Assembly: GCA_951406725.2 (NCBI GenBank)
Contig: OX597817.1
Coordinates: forward strand, 149,420,001 to 149,484,000
Reading direction: 5' to 3'
Length of the DNA: 64,000 nt
DNA from: Octopus vulgaris
Lineage: Eukaryota
The position numbers and the translations under genes are program-made. Every line of letters starts with the position of its first letter. The first letter of the stretch is position 1. The notes beneath the pieces are model-generated. The model saw only the letters and a program-made list of their open reading frames with translations. It had not been told where the DNA came from and ran no database searches. Of this stretch, positions 1-14,199 are shown in pieces.

Positions 1-60
1 AAACCGCGATCCTCCGACCGCGAGTCCGCTGCCCTAACCACTGGGCCAGTGCGCCTCCAC
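1..60 (-). mobile_element. 5' tRNA-like head of a family C SINE, cut by the window edge
   Basis: The reverse complement gtggaggcgcactggcccagtggttagggcagcggactcgcggtcggaggatcgcggttt matches the heads at 8771 and 58946. It contains the A-box-like TGGCCCAGTGG. Confidence 0.85.
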
Positions 61-524
61 TTGTCGTTGCTATTGTTGTTAAGGTCATCGCTAAGCTCTC
101 CATGTTAAAATCCGAGATGAAATATCGAATGATTTTCGCCCAAGATTTGAACGTTTCTAGAGAAAATTTGCTCGTGACAGAGAAAGGTCCCTCGAATAAG
201 TTTGGTTAAAGACTTTGTTTTCCTTTCGGAATATGGTTCTACGCTGAAAAGACTGCTCAGTGAGAACTTGTCTTTTGGGGCCAAATAACTGTCTTTTGAA
301 GATATCGCTGTCAGTTTATTAAATGAGTAATCGTAGTCACGTATCCTGTTATATTTGTATAAAGTCATTTTACATTTACGTAGGTGCGAACGAGCTTTTG
401 TGTGTGCTTGCGTGTTTCAGCACGTGGTTCTAGATTCTAGCCACATACATGCATATTTGCATATATACATATATACACACACACACGTACATTCTTATAT
501 ATTCTTTGTTCCAACAAATCTGTG

Positions 525-960
<436 letters not shown>

Positions 961-2044
961 TGCAGTTCTTGCCAACGAATACGTCTGATATGTAGCATAG
1001 AACAGATGGTATATTTGACTCTATAAACATTGATTCCCTCTAAACCGTCTTTGGAGTAGAAAACAGCCATTAACGATAAGTACAGGGCTATATAAGAGGT
1101 TTATGATGGACCAATATTATTGCAAAACTTGACTGGCTAATATAATTGACATGGAATATTTGCAGTGTAGTACTAAAGCTCTGAAAACAAAAATACAATA
1201 CAAAAATTATGGATTTGCTATATATTTTTACATAAAGATAATCCACTTTACTCCCCTCCTTCAATATTGTCCTCTAGTTTTATTATCCTAACATCTGATG
1301 GTACAAATTTGATAAACCCACTTAAGTTTGTAAGTTGGCTATTCCCATTTGCTTGGGTTTCAGATTTTCATCTACGCTTTCGTTGTCATTTTTATCGCCC
1401 GCTTTATAGATTTTTTGACATGATAGCTTCTAGTTTTTTTGTTGTTTTTTTTAGTTTTCGGTTGTTGTTGTTGTTCATTAGCTCTTGTTTTCATTTGAAA
1501 ATATTTTACGCTTTGTTCAGTTTTATATCAGTGATATCTGAGTCTTTGTCGGGGGACGGGGTGGGCGTCAGACTTGAAGGGGCCGTCATTTTATTTGCAT
1601 CTTCTCCCCTATTCCTGGTGGGTTCTCGACAGAATTTGTAAGTCATCGGCCAACAAAATGCTTTTCGGTATTCATTTATGAATGTTTAGATTCGTGAGTT
1701 CGAATCTGGTCGTGGGAGACTTCCCTTTTCCTGACTCTGAAGTCAATAAACTGAATTATTTATCACGTATTCAGATCGATACAAAATACTAAAAATAAAG
1801 ACATTCTCTGTTCCTTCCCTACCCTCTTTGTGTACCATGTGCAGAAATTTGCAGTAATACCGTATATAAAGCTAGTATTCAATAGTAGATGTTTTACATA
1901 GACGTCTTTTCAAAGTTTCGCTGTTGCTACTAAAATTTTTGTTTTATTCAAACATCTTGTCGTCGTCCATTGGCTGCGAAAATATTGTAAAAAAATGTAC
2001 CGAACAAAACAGCCTCCCCACTCTCTCTCTCTCTCTCTCTTTCT

Positions 2045-2076
<32 letters not shown>

Positions 2077-2204
2077 GGCTCAGTCTATCTCTCTATCTCT
2101 TTCTCTCCCTCTCTTTCCTCTCACTATTTCGCTCTCTCACTCTCACCAACTATCTCTAATTCTCTTTTTCCCTATCTATCTATCTATAGTTGGAATTTAC
2201 AAAA

Positions 2205-2395
2205 AAAAAAAAGTAAAACAAAAGACGAAGACGGTTGTGTAAACAACAAACTGATGTATTAGTTCAACGCTCGGGAAGTGAGAAAGTTTTTTATGTTTCG
2301 AGCCTACGCTCTTCAACAGAAAGGAACACAGAAATAAACAGAAGGAGAAAATATAAAAAAAAGGTTTAGTGGCTAGCGATCAATCATGACGAAAT
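2205..2395 (-). mobile_element. Penelope-like element fragment with a degenerate minimal hammerhead motif
   Basis: The minus strand reads cttt-CTGTTGA-a-gagc-gtag-gctc-GAAAC-ata-aaaa (about 2324-2286). The downstream sequence is homologous to 32241-32320. Confidence 0.55.
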
Positions 2396-3261
2396 CATCT
2401 ATATCTATCTATCTATCTATCTATCTATATCTATCTATCTATTTATCTATCTGTCTTTCTGTGTCTCCTTCTCTAACTTCTAAACATCTTCAGTTTCTCG
2501 AACACAAACAGTGCCCCCTTAACGTACACATCACGAACTATATAAAGAACAGACTAACAGAAAAGACAAAAAAAAAATCTTCCTGTGTGTACAAGTTGCG
2601 ATAGACGTCAATGCTTTTCAGTCAGGTTACACCAGAGTCAGATTAGAAGCGAACAACTATTGTCTATTATAATCAACTACAGATTTTCTATAAATAATTT
2701 AGCTTATGCTTGGACAAAGAATCTTGTTTCTTATTACATACAAGTAACATTAATTCAAATGCACAACAACTACATCAACTAATATTAATAAAACTAAACA
2801 TTAAAAGAAAAGGTCAAACTCTACATATAACACTGTATACCCGTGCGACATTTGCCAACATCATAACATGTCTTATTCTAATAAAATTGTTGCATCTTTA
2901 TGAAGGCGATTTAATTTACACAGCGGTATATAGTTTTCCTTTTGAAAAGTGCGGTGATTTTTAACGGGTCGTTTCCTCTTAATGCATACGATTTATTCTT
3001 TCTTTTGACAGGATTATGTATCTGCACCGTATTTTCTAAACTATTTGTCAATTTCCAATCGAATCGATTTGTTTCTTTTATACTTATTCGCTCGACTTCC
3101 AAGTAAATGGAGTAGAAAAATATTCTGTGCGTTGCACAGATCACATCGCAACGTATTGTTGCTAATTCACTACGTTTAATCTGTATTGTGGATGCCTTAT
3201 GTACTCGTCTATGAGTCTTACTTGCACATAATCTGTTTTCTGTGAGATTGTTTCATACATA

Positions 3262-3692
3262 GGCGCAGGAGTGGCTGGGTGGTAAGTAGCTTGCTTATGA
3301 ACCACATGGTTACGGGTTCAGTCCCACTGCGTGGCACCTTGGGCAAGTGTCTTCTACTATAGCCTCGGGCCGACCAAAGCCTTGTGAGTGGATTTGGTAG
3401 ACAGAAACTGAAAGAAGCCCGTCGTATATATGTATACATATATATGTATGTCTGTGTGTATGTTTGTGTGTCTGTGTTTGCCCCCCCCCATCCCAACATC
3501 GCTTGACAACCGATGTTGGTGTGTTTACGTCCCAGTAACTTAGCGGTTCGGCAAAAGAGACCGATAGAATAAGTACTAGGCTTACAAAGAATAAGTCCTG
3601 GGGTCGATTTGCTCGTTCGACTAAAGGCGGTGTTCCAGCATGGCCACAGTCAAACGACTGAAGCAAGTAAAAGAGTAAAAAGAGTAAAGAGT
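3262..3692 (+). mobile_element. Full-length tRNA-derived SINE, family A
   Basis: A box (tggctgggtgg) and B box (ggttcagtcc), an internal (TA/TG) tract and an (agtaaaag)n tail. Nearly identical to 37409-37838 and 57829-58257. Confidence 0.93.
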
Positions 3693-3741
3693 ATACATGC
3701 ATGCATACATACATACATACCTACATGCATACATGTATGCG

Positions 3742-3960
3742 TTTCTCTTTTATCTTTTACTTAACTCATTAAACTGTGGCCATGCTGGGGCACCATCTCA
3801 AAGACTTTAGTCGAACAAATCTACCTCTTATTTTTAATGTTCCTACTTATTTTAACATCCCTTTCGTTGAACCACTAGGTTATAGGGACGTAAACAACCC
3901 ACCAACGGTTATGAAGTGGTGAGGGGGTGACACAGACTTACGAAAACCACCCCACCCCAC

Positions 3961-3998
<38 letters not shown>

Positions 3999-4229
3999 AA
4001 TATTAAATGAAACAGAAATACATTTGACTAGCTAAAAATTATTTACATCATAATATAATATAAAAAATATAAAAACATATAAAGCTAACAATTTGTTTCG
4101 ACTTATATATTTCTCTATTCCATTTAATATTTGTATATTGTAGATATACCCTTTTATCTGTGGTATTGTACCAGTGATAATCGGATGTCTTACATCCCTT
4201 TGAAGGGATTGTTTTTTTCCTTTGTTTGC

Positions 4230-4312
<83 letters not shown>

Positions 4313-4395
4313 AGCTACTATACAGTTTCCGGTTTACCAAATTCGTTCACAGCGCACTGAGGTCGGTCTCTGGCTATAAGGGAAGACACTTGCAT
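3742..4395 (-). mobile_element. Old family A SINE whose internal microsatellite is expanded and interrupted by an AT-rich insert
   Basis: The 3' half lies at about 3742-3935 (ggccatgctggggcacc...gggacgtaaaca). The 5' half lies at about 4312-4395 (cagtttcc...ggctata..gaagacacttgc). Confidence 0.65.
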
Positions 4396-5062
4396 GTGGC
4401 TGCAAAGCGAGCTTCTTAAACACACTGCCCTGCTTGCACCTATTTGATTAATTGTTTCTTTCTTTTCTTTATTTATTAAATATATTCAATACAAATATGT
4501 CTTGAGAATGATGCAGACATGGCTGTATGGTTTCGCTATTCCACAACATGGTTCTAAAGTCGATCCACCTAGAACGTATCTTACGTAACTCTCTTCTACT
4601 ATAAGCATGGGACTTTGCCAGACAGAATCTGTGCGAACTACATACTATATTTATGTATATTCATGAGTATATGTTTCGGTTATGTTATATCAACGAAATA
4701 CAAACGCATTAGCGAGAAAACCTAAAATCCTATGCTTTCCAAAAATATTTAAAAAAAACTTTAACTCGGTTGGAATTTTGTTTCAATAAATAGTCTCCCT
4801 TTCTAATTATCATCGTGGGAAATATATTCAACCAGTGATTGGCCAGTTGAAATCACATGACAAACAATGAAAATATCGTTCACAAAATGTGATTTAAAAA
4901 AAATACATTAAACGCTTTTTTTAATGGTTTAATCAGTTTAGGGAAAAGTAGTGCCTGTGATCCAAAAGTAGTGGGGAAAAGCAGGAACGAAACTAGGAAT
5001 TGCTGCTGTGGAACTCTATCCTCAGGCGGAAGACCAGCTCGGAATGCTTGTAACATAGTAAA

Positions 5063-5453
5063 TCTCTTTATATAAAGCTGAAGTTGTCTGTGTATGGCAG
5101 GTTTGGTAGCCTTCAACTAACACTATCTCCTCCGAGACCCTGCGGTGCAAGTTAACCAAAATTGAGAGTATGATAGAGGAAGGTTTTCTCTTCCGTCTGT
5201 AGAAGAAAAAATTCAAATTGGACAATGTTAACACCAAAAATTATTTGCATCAAAAAGGTGATTTTTTTTCTATGAAAATCCCTATATTTTACGATTTTTT
5301 GACTGCTATGTCGCCATTTTTCGGTGTATTTCAACCAGAAAAATGTTCACTTAAAGAGAATAGCAAGCTACATAATGCAAAATTTTTACTTTTCAAAAAT
5401 TCCACTTCTAAAGGGTCGAAACAAACCCGAGCAACGCCGGGCGATACTGCTAG
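5063..5453 (+). mobile_element. Non-autonomous Helitron
   Basis: A|TC 5' end (a|tctctttatataaagctgaagttgt), subterminal hairpin cccg-agcaacgc-cggg, CTAG|T 3' end, and no TSD. A second copy starts at 15347. Confidence 0.85.
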
Positions 5454-6244
5454 TTGTACTAAAAGATTTGCAGTAATATTTTTCTATTCTTCTCGTTATT
5501 GTATTACCACATGCTAGTTTCTGCTGAAAGCATTCAAGTGAGAGTCATTTTAAGCCTGGAGAAACGATTATGCCTAATTATGCACCAAAATCTGCAACAC
5601 ATATGATATACATTCTAAACTCTCCCACATAATTACAAACAATAACCATTACACAAAAATAAAGCAGCTAATTAAAATGGCCGTAATTACTAAATAATAA
5701 TTTAGCTTAATTAACTAAGGCATACCACAGAATGCATGGGAAATATGTAATCTAAAACTTGGGACATATCACCACGAAAGCATAATTTCCTCAACTACGA
5801 AGCAAAAGGAAAATTTAAGCATCCGGTATTTTTTTCCTTAACTATGCAATTTCATGTTTCATATATCGAAAGTTCGTGTCTTTTATCTAATAAACGACAC
5901 GCACACCTACATTTAGGTACATAGCTAAGTAGACATAGAGACAAAAATAGATTAAATTCATTCATACACAGATTGGTTATTCATATGTGTCAACATTTAT
6001 TACAGATCCGATATTTTGATGTCTTCTTTGCGTGAAACTCTGCCTTACACTCGCTGTATTAACAACTTGAATAACTTTATAGTTATATAAGGCTCTTTAA
6101 AAGAACATTATATATGCAAGTGAGGTGCTTAAGTATGAAGCGGTGTATGTAAAAGTATTTATATGTATATGTGTGTTGTCTTTAAGTTAATTTCATATTC
6201 ATACATATAAATACGCAAGCACACACATACACAGACACACTCAC

Positions 6245-6328
<84 letters not shown>

Positions 6329-6342
6329 GTAGATAGATAGAC

Positions 6343-6408
<66 letters not shown>

Positions 6409-6496
6409 ATAGATAGACAGACAGACAGGTAGGTAGGTAGATAGATAGGTAGGTATATATATTATATATATATATATATTATATATATATTATATG

Positions 6497-6544
<48 letters not shown>

Positions 6545-6552
6545 CGACGGCC

Positions 6553-6594
<42 letters not shown>
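6245..6594. repeat. (GATA)n / (TA)n compound microsatellite
   Basis: Directly visible. Confidence 0.97.
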
Positions 6595-6596
<2 letters not shown>

Positions 6597-6759
6597 TTTT
6601 TCGGTGTGTCTGTGTGTACTATTGTATATAACGGCGTTTTAATGGCTGCCATCTTACGTCATCTCATGGGATACACCACTGTTATTTCCGCCATCATTTA
6701 GCGTGTTTATAGTTCGGTGAAAGATTTTTTTTCTCATGTTATATTGTTGCTTCAATGAG

Positions 6760-7150
6760 CGAGTAGAATCGCAAGAAAGTCGGAAGATATATTTAGCGGT
6801 AATCTTTCAAGTCTTTTTTTTTTCATTTTTTTTTTTTACTTTCTGAGTTTAGATCTCACTAAAATCCATTTTCTTCCATTGATTTTTCGGAAGGTTGATA
6901 AAATAAAGTACCATTGAAATACTGGATTCAATGATATCAACAAACTCCATTGCCTCAGAAATTACTGAGCTTGTTAGTGCTACTGTTTATTCCCCCAATC
7001 AACCATAATCGAATGCTCTAGCAACGACCATCCCATCTATTAACAAACCTCGAACTTATCCATTTGTTCCTTATGATGGTTGAGTAAGATAGAGGAGAAT
7101 TTATCTGCTATTTCTTGTAAATCAAGGGATCACACAAAGGTTCCACTCTG
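6760..7150. mobile_element. Degenerate family B SINE (+, about 6760-6985) next to a family E repeat (-, about 7000-7150)
   Basis: ttctgagtttagatc...ttcggaaggttgataaaataaagtacc matches family B. atctgctatttcttgtaaatcaagggatcac matches family E. Confidence 0.5.
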
Positions 7151-8381
7151 CTGACTGGATTTATTTTCCTTTCTATATTGCTATTTTTTATTTGAATAAT
7201 TTTAATGGGAAAAGAGGATGTGTTGCTGACATAGCACCTATCTTGTTTCGAAAGAAATAATTCACAAGGCTTCCGTTACGAAGGAAAATTGAACTATTAT
7301 AGCTCTGATCATTGTATACTATCAGAAGTTTGACGAAACTTTCAAAGAAATATTTAGCTTCTTTTCTATAAAGTTCAATATTCATAAATTATATTCATTC
7401 GTTATTAATATCGATTTTCCTGAAAGTTGTCTGTCTGTGAAACATGGAAGTGTGTGTAGTAACTAATAAAGACATTTTGATAACTTGGCTTTCTTTATGC
7501 TTAAATTCTACAACATTAGGAAATGAACTTCAGTTTTTTTTCGTATTTTATGTAATAACACAAATTAATGCTGTTCACTGCATACAAACATGTGTCTTTT
7601 AGTTTCTGTTAGCTATCACGCCTAAGACCAAACTAGATTCCATAGATATATACACATAACCGTGTGTATATATGTATGACCAAAAGAGGGTACATATTCA
7701 TGCACATATACGAATATCTGATGTACACACCCACAGGTACATTTATAAAGATTTATATATAGATATACATACATATGCAGACATACATACACACGCATAT
7801 ACATACACACATACTTACATACATACACACATACAGAGATGTTATATGAATGTTGTTACTTATGCATAAGAAAGTGAAAAGGCCCATTCACCTTAGCTGA
7901 CGTAGAATGTTTTACACTCGTGTATAATGATTTATTTCACAAAATACCATGTGCCTTATTCTATCAGTAAAATTTGAAAGGTACCATTCTTCTTATCAGA
8001 GTAAAAAGAGTAGTACCTATAACCTTTTTCGGGGCCTCATAGAGTGATGGAAATAAGGAGAAAGAAATTGCTAATAATGGGTGTTGCTGTAGCAAACATC
8101 ACATTCACGAGTTCGAATTTTACTCTGACTGGGACCTGATTTCTGCTAAAGACCATCCAATGGCGGTGTTAAACCGAGCAACAGATTAAATAAAACAGGA
8201 ACAGGTATAAACCATACCAGGAGCTTCAGTACAATAATCCATCAATTCAGTTTCATTACAACTTCCCTTCTACCCAGTTTCTTGTACCTTAGTATAGGTT
8301 ACGTTAGCTCAAAAAGTACAAAATACTTGCCCTAGAGTGGAAAAATAAAACACAAGTAACTTTGTTATGTTATTGAAGTTG

Positions 8382-8638
8382 TTACCCCTTTGGTTACTTT
8401 CCGCGCCATTAACCGTTGTGTTGCCATATTTTTCTGAAATACTCAATCATTGTTTCATTTAAATTTGAAAATGAATTTGTTAAAAATAACTTTGCCGTTA
8501 TTTAGTTTATGTATGGGACATACATTAGCATGAAATTTTGATGATAGGTTTTCATTGAGATCATTTAGGATCATTTGGAAACAGAGTTTACATCGTAGAA
8601 CCAATGGCGGTTTCAGGTAAGTTGATACCAAAAGGCTG
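8382..8638. mobile_element. Degenerate piggyBac-type MITE
   Basis: The ends ttacccctttggtta and gataccaaaagg are an imperfect inverted pair resembling TTAA-CCCTTT...AAAGGG-TTAA. The interior is AT-rich and non-coding. Confidence 0.4.
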
Positions 8639-8770
8639 GCATTTTTTTTCCATTGAAAGCTCTGAAAAATTTAGGTGCCAGCATGATGTATCTACCAGTA
8701 TAGAGAGACTAGCTTTTTGTAGTGTTGCAGAGAAACACTAAATAGAAATTATGTTCTAATATTATCATCT

Positions 8771-9082
8771 GTGAAGGCGCAATGGCCGAGTGGATAGGGC
8801 AGCAGACTCGCGGTTGTAGGATCGCGGTTTCGATTCTCAGATCGGGCGTTGAGAGCGTTTATTGAGCGAAAACACCTAAAGCTCCACGAGGCTCCGGCAG
8901 AGTGGTGGTGGCGAACTCTGCTGTACTCTTTCGCTACAACTTTCTCTCACTCTTTCTTCTGTTGGCCTGCTCGCTTAGCCAGCGGGATGGCGTCATTTGG
9001 AGGCTAAAACAATGCGAAGCGCATTGTGACCAGTGATGTGTAGCAACTTCTGATAGCCTGGTCGGTCACGGTGATCATGATG
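8771..9082 (+). mobile_element. Full-length family C SINE with tail T1
   Basis: tRNA-like head (tggccgagtgg ... gtttcgattc). 10-bp TSD attatcatct at 8761-8770 and 9083-9092. Confidence 0.88.
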
Positions 9083-9699
9083 ATTATCATCTATTAGTAG
9101 GTTGAAGAGAAATGTAGAAATTTATGGCAATACACGAACCAGCATGGATCAAGTAGTAACTAGAGAAATTGTTGAAGCTGTGGAAATTAGGTTTCAAGCA
9201 TTATTGAAGATTAACAGAACAGAAGAATTTAGGAACTGGCATGGCTTACATGCAAGTTATATTTAGTGACTAACAGGGATTAGGAACGATGAGATTATCT
9301 GACTAAATAGACGGACGTAAAAAAAATTAGACAGGCAGATTTTTTAAGGGATGAGTAGTGGGGGTGGATTAGTGGTGGAAATAGAAAGGAGCTAGTCCAT
9401 TATTAGAGGTTGGTGAGAAGAAAGTATCTTTAAATCCTAACCCTGGCCCAGTTCTTTGCAACGAAGTGAGCTCTGCTAAAAGCAACAGTAAATCAGATGG
9501 TGGCGTTAAACCAGGGCGGTGGTGGTGGTGGTGGTGGTGGTGGATTAGGTTAGGCAAATAGTTCTGCAGTTAGAGAGAGAGGGGAGAGAGAGGGGAGGGG
9601 AACGAGGGAGGCAGGGAAATAAACCATCAGTTGATAGAAGAGAAACGGGCAGAGATATTGACAGACGTGAAACAAAGTATCAGGCAGACTCTTTGATAT

Positions 9700-9702
<3 letters not shown>

Positions 9703-9781
<79 letters not shown>

Positions 9782-9863
9782 TACACTTATAACAAAGTAA
9801 AACGAGCAAATCTGTTCCATTATTCAACACACACGGTACATCACATAGATGCATGTGTATCTG

Positions 9864-9920
<57 letters not shown>

Positions 9921-10106
9921 GTATATATATATACATATATATATGATGCATATGCATGTATGTGTATATATACACACACACACACAGCTTACGTGTAAGC
10001 ATTGTTAATCTTCGTCAAGATGAAACCGCTGCAGTGTAATCTTTTCAAGGCTTCCCATCTTACTATTGCCAATGCGATCGGTGGTGGTGGCACCAGCAGC
10101 AGCAGC

Positions 10107-10152
<46 letters not shown>

Positions 10153-10291
10153 TTGCTGTTGTTGTCGTTGCTGCAGTTATTGTTGTTGTTGTGCAACAGC
10201 TATAATTTCTCTTTCAGGCCTTATTTTTCTGTTCTTTGCATCTTCTACCCCACCCACCTCCGTTCATTATCGCCATCATCATCATCAGCAG

Positions 10292-10330
<39 letters not shown>

Positions 10331-10485
10331 TATCTTCAGCGTCATCATCACCACCACCACCATCGTGGCATTCATCACCGCCATCCTTTACCTGAAGACA
10401 CCATCGCTAATACAACATAAATTATTCAAACAAAATAATTATCACAAACTATTTTATCCACCAACAGCAGTTGACATCTCATCTC

Positions 10486-10550
<65 letters not shown>

Positions 10551-10768
10551 AGGATTCTGTTTAAAACGGTAAGCTGCACCCTGTCCTAACTTACCCTACT
10601 TCTGAAATCCTCACGGTGTAGAATTTATTGCACACTGATAATAAAAATAATAATTGCTTAAAATTTTGTGGCCCAAGGCCAGAAATTTTAATGGGATGGT
10701 GATAGTCGATTATATCGGCACCAGTGCTTGACTGGTACTTTTATCAACTCCGATAGGAGGAAAGGCAA

Positions 10769-10814
<46 letters not shown>

Positions 10815-10921
10815 GTAATGGTGGTGACTCTTTTAGTGGCTATCAGGGCCAATTCATTGAAGATAATAACAAAGAATGTAATACAACATACAGGTAATAC
10901 TACTACTACTACTACTACTAC

Positions 10922-10959
<38 letters not shown>

Positions 10960-10980
10960 GTTATTATTATTAATAATTAT
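9703..10980. repeat. Cluster of simple repeats: (CA)n, (TA)n, (GTA)n, (CAT)n, (TC)n, (TAA)n
   Basis: Directly visible. It explains the poly-S, poly-V, poly-I and poly-N ORFs. Confidence 0.95.
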
Positions 10981-11429
10981 TAGGGCTCAAACGGAGGAGG
11001 GAGAGTACAAAACAAAAGGAAAAGCATACGGGAAAAATGAACATATAAAAAAGAGAGAAAAACAGAAACAAACAACGAAATTGTAACAAATAAGGTTCCG
11101 TGGTAGAAAGGACAGTTGCCAAAGGCTATTCGAGACAACCTGAGTTCTTTTGACTCCCAACGTCAAGCGTCCTCTCGCATCTGTCATTTCCCACTCTATG
11201 GAAATACATCTCTTTATTTGTACTATGTTCGTTACGTTCAGAATCGTTTCGAAAATTTCAGCAGTGAGGGTGACGAGGGAGCCGAGCCGTCTTACAGCAT
11301 AAGCACACCGGGGTAGTTTCCTTCGAAGTCAGAAGGTGAAGAACCGAAACGAATTCCACATGATTTTTCGTCCGATGCTCTGACGAGTGTCCTACCATTC
11401 CATTTGCTTCGTTTTTTTTTTGTCCAAGG

Positions 11430-11660
11430 CCAACCCTCCCTAATCAGACCTCAGTCGAAAAACTATTAACAGATATAAACATTCGCCATTTTGTTTTTCT
11501 TTTTTTGGTTGAAATGGCGTCATATATAGCGCTTTTCTTTTTCTAAATTATCAAAGGTATGTTTTGTTGTTTTCGTTTTTTTTTTTAAGACAGAAGAGTA
11601 ATTTGATTCGAGACATGACTTCTGTTTCTTGTAAGTCAAGCAGACACATATAGACTGCTT
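11430..11660 (-). mobile_element. Old dispersed repeat, family E
   Basis: Matches the recurring motif ttaagacag...gtaatttga...ctgtttct..gtcaagc seen in reverse complement at 54545-54750 and 27895-28090. Confidence 0.45.
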
Positions 11661-11848
11661 GGTTGTATCAACGATGATATGTTATTCTCCACAGCAAAAA
11701 GCTGAAACAATGGAATGAATTAGAGTAATCTTTCGTATAGAAGAGGAGTGATGTCAATGAGTGGGGAAGAGGGGAGATAACTATGGAAAGCGATTGGGGA
11801 AACGACAACAATTAAAGCATGTCTTTGCTAAGATTTCTACTATCTTAG

Positions 11849-12248
11849 GGCGGCGAGCTGGCAGAAACGTTAGCACGCCGGACGAAATGCTTAGCGGTGT
11901 TTCGCCTGCCGTTACGTTATGAGTTCAAATTCCGCCGAGGTCGACTTTGCCTTTCATCCTTTCGGGGTCGATTAAATAGGTACCAGTTACGCACTGGGGT
12001 CGATATAATCGACTTAATCCGTTTGTCAGTCCTTGTTTGTCCTCTCTGTGTTTAACCCCTTGTGGGTAGTAAAGAAATAGGTATTTCGTCTGTCTTTACA
12101 TTCTGAGTTCGAATTCCGCAGAGGTCGACTTTGCCTTTAGTCCTTTCGGAGGTTGATAAATTAAGTACCAGTTGCGTACTGGCGTCGATCTAATCGACTG
12201 CCCCCCCCCCGCAAGCATTTTGGGCCTTGTGCCTAGAGTAAAAAAGAA
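11849..12248 (+). mobile_element. Family B SINE, dimeric
   Basis: Head ggcggcgagctggcagaaacg, then two units that each contain a B box (gagttcaaattcc / gagttcgaattcc) and gtcgactttgccttt. Imperfect TSD at 11830-11848 and 12249-12267. Confidence 0.9.
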
Positions 12249-13494
12249 AAGATTTCTATTATTTTTGCTCAGTATCTTGTTTGTTTGTTTGTTTCGAATT
12301 TATGTTTCCGTTTTGTTTTTAATTAATTAATTCACTCATTTATTTATTTACTTATTTTGCTATTGCTATGAAACGATACCATTTAATTTCACCTGGTCGC
12401 CTTGTTTTTGTCTGGAGGAGTAACCAATAGCAACCAGATTTAGCAGATGTAGTCAACAGAGTTCCACAGACATTCGCACGCACACACGAGCGCTTGTGTC
12501 TGTGTATATATATATGCACACACACACACACATACACACACACATATATATAGTAGTCTTTTTACATTTGTATATTTCTTTGTTATTTTGCTCACAATTT
12601 TTATTCTCACACACACTTGTATGCATACACACATGCGTACATTCCTGCATACATATACTCATACATGGCTATATGCACCATCTCACTATAGATATATTTT
12701 GGCATTTATTTACAAAGAGCATTTTATCACATAATGCATAAACCTAACCTACCTTATTTAAATTGCATTGTTAACGTCCAGATGCTGCAGCAGCTCTACT
12801 ATACGCTCTCGCCAATGCCATGTGATCTCGAACGGCTTCTCTTGTTCTTATATTAATTCTCTCAACATTCCTATTCCCTCGTGTGGTTAGATTCACCAAA
12901 AGACGCGTTGCATTGAATATCTACATATGTATAACTCTCAGCAGGAGAAGGAGATACATATATATACACATGCACGCAATTATGCATATATATATATATA
13001 TGAATTATTCTATAATTATGCACATAATTATAACAAGTGGTCAGCTATGTACCTCGCCACGTACTGAATTAGAAATAGACGCTAATGTCTTTTTTACTAC
13101 CATATATATATATATGGATCAAAACAATTTGATTCAAATTCGCTCAAGAGCACCAACGAATTTGAATCAAACTGTTTTTATCCATACATCAAACTCCCAT
13201 TAAATTTGTTGAGTGCCCTTCTTTCGTTTGCTCACTCACTCGTACGCATATATATATATATATATATGTATGTATGTGTGTCCGTGGAACGTGACATATC
13301 AGGGGACCAACACATGATGCGCTTATGCAATACAACCTCAACCAAGCATTGTTGTCCTTTATGCTCAATAGTATAACTCGTCTGTTGCCTGATCGGAAAT
13401 TGATTTTGAACAAATGCACTAGGGCCGAGTAGCAGATGGTGAAATTCGTGACAAAACAGTCTCTTTCATTTGTTGCAAAAAAAAAAAAAAAAAA

Positions 13495-13645
13495 TAGCGG
13501 TTCGGCATAACAGACCGATAGAATAAGTACTGGGCTTACAAAGAATAAGTCCCGGGGTCGATTTGCTCGACTAAAGGCGGTGCTCCAGCATGGCCGCAGT
13601 CAAATGACTGAAACAAATAAAAGAGTAAAAGAGTAAAAGGAGTAA
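13495..13645 (+). mobile_element. 5'-truncated family A SINE
   Basis: Contains the 3' 150 bp of family A, including the agtaaaag tail. Confidence 0.9.
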
Positions 13646-14046
13646 CAAAATCTAGTCTCAGCCCACATCTGGGGGTCCATCGCAGAAAAACCCACTCAAA
13701 ATCTTGCAGGTATAAACCTGCAACGAGAAAGTAGTTATGCCTGATATTCTTTTCTACTCTAGGCACAAAGCCCGAAACATTACAAGGTTACTACAAAAAC
13801 CACACACTGTTGAAGTAGATCAATATTGTGAAGAAACATTTGAAGGGACTGTAATTTGTTTTCTAACACTCTTGCTCTTGCCCCTCTCATTCTTCGTTCC
13901 CCCTTCTCTAATCTCGCTCCTTCCACTCTCGTTCCTCTTAATCTCACACTTTCCAACGCTGCTCCTCCTACTTTCGTTCCTCTCAACCACACCCCTCCTA
14001 CTCTTGTTCCTCCCACTCTCACTCCTCACGCAGTTTTGTTCATTTG

Positions 14047-14091
<45 letters not shown>

Positions 14092-14199
14092 ATTTCTTTC
14101 AGTGCGCACGTATACGTGTGTGCATGTATGTGCGCACGTGTGTATGTAGACCTTTGGAAACGCTAGAAAATCTTGCTTGGTTCAACTTTTCCTTTCATT

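Noticed and set aside
8771-8850. tRNA-like sequences at SINE heads
   Set aside because: They continue into SINE bodies, have TSDs, and lack a proper acceptor stem and terminator, so they are not tRNA genes.
9144-9266. Short frame MDQVVTREIVEAVEIRFQALLK...
   Set aside because: It is about 40 codons with no recognisable domain or splice signals, which is expected by chance.
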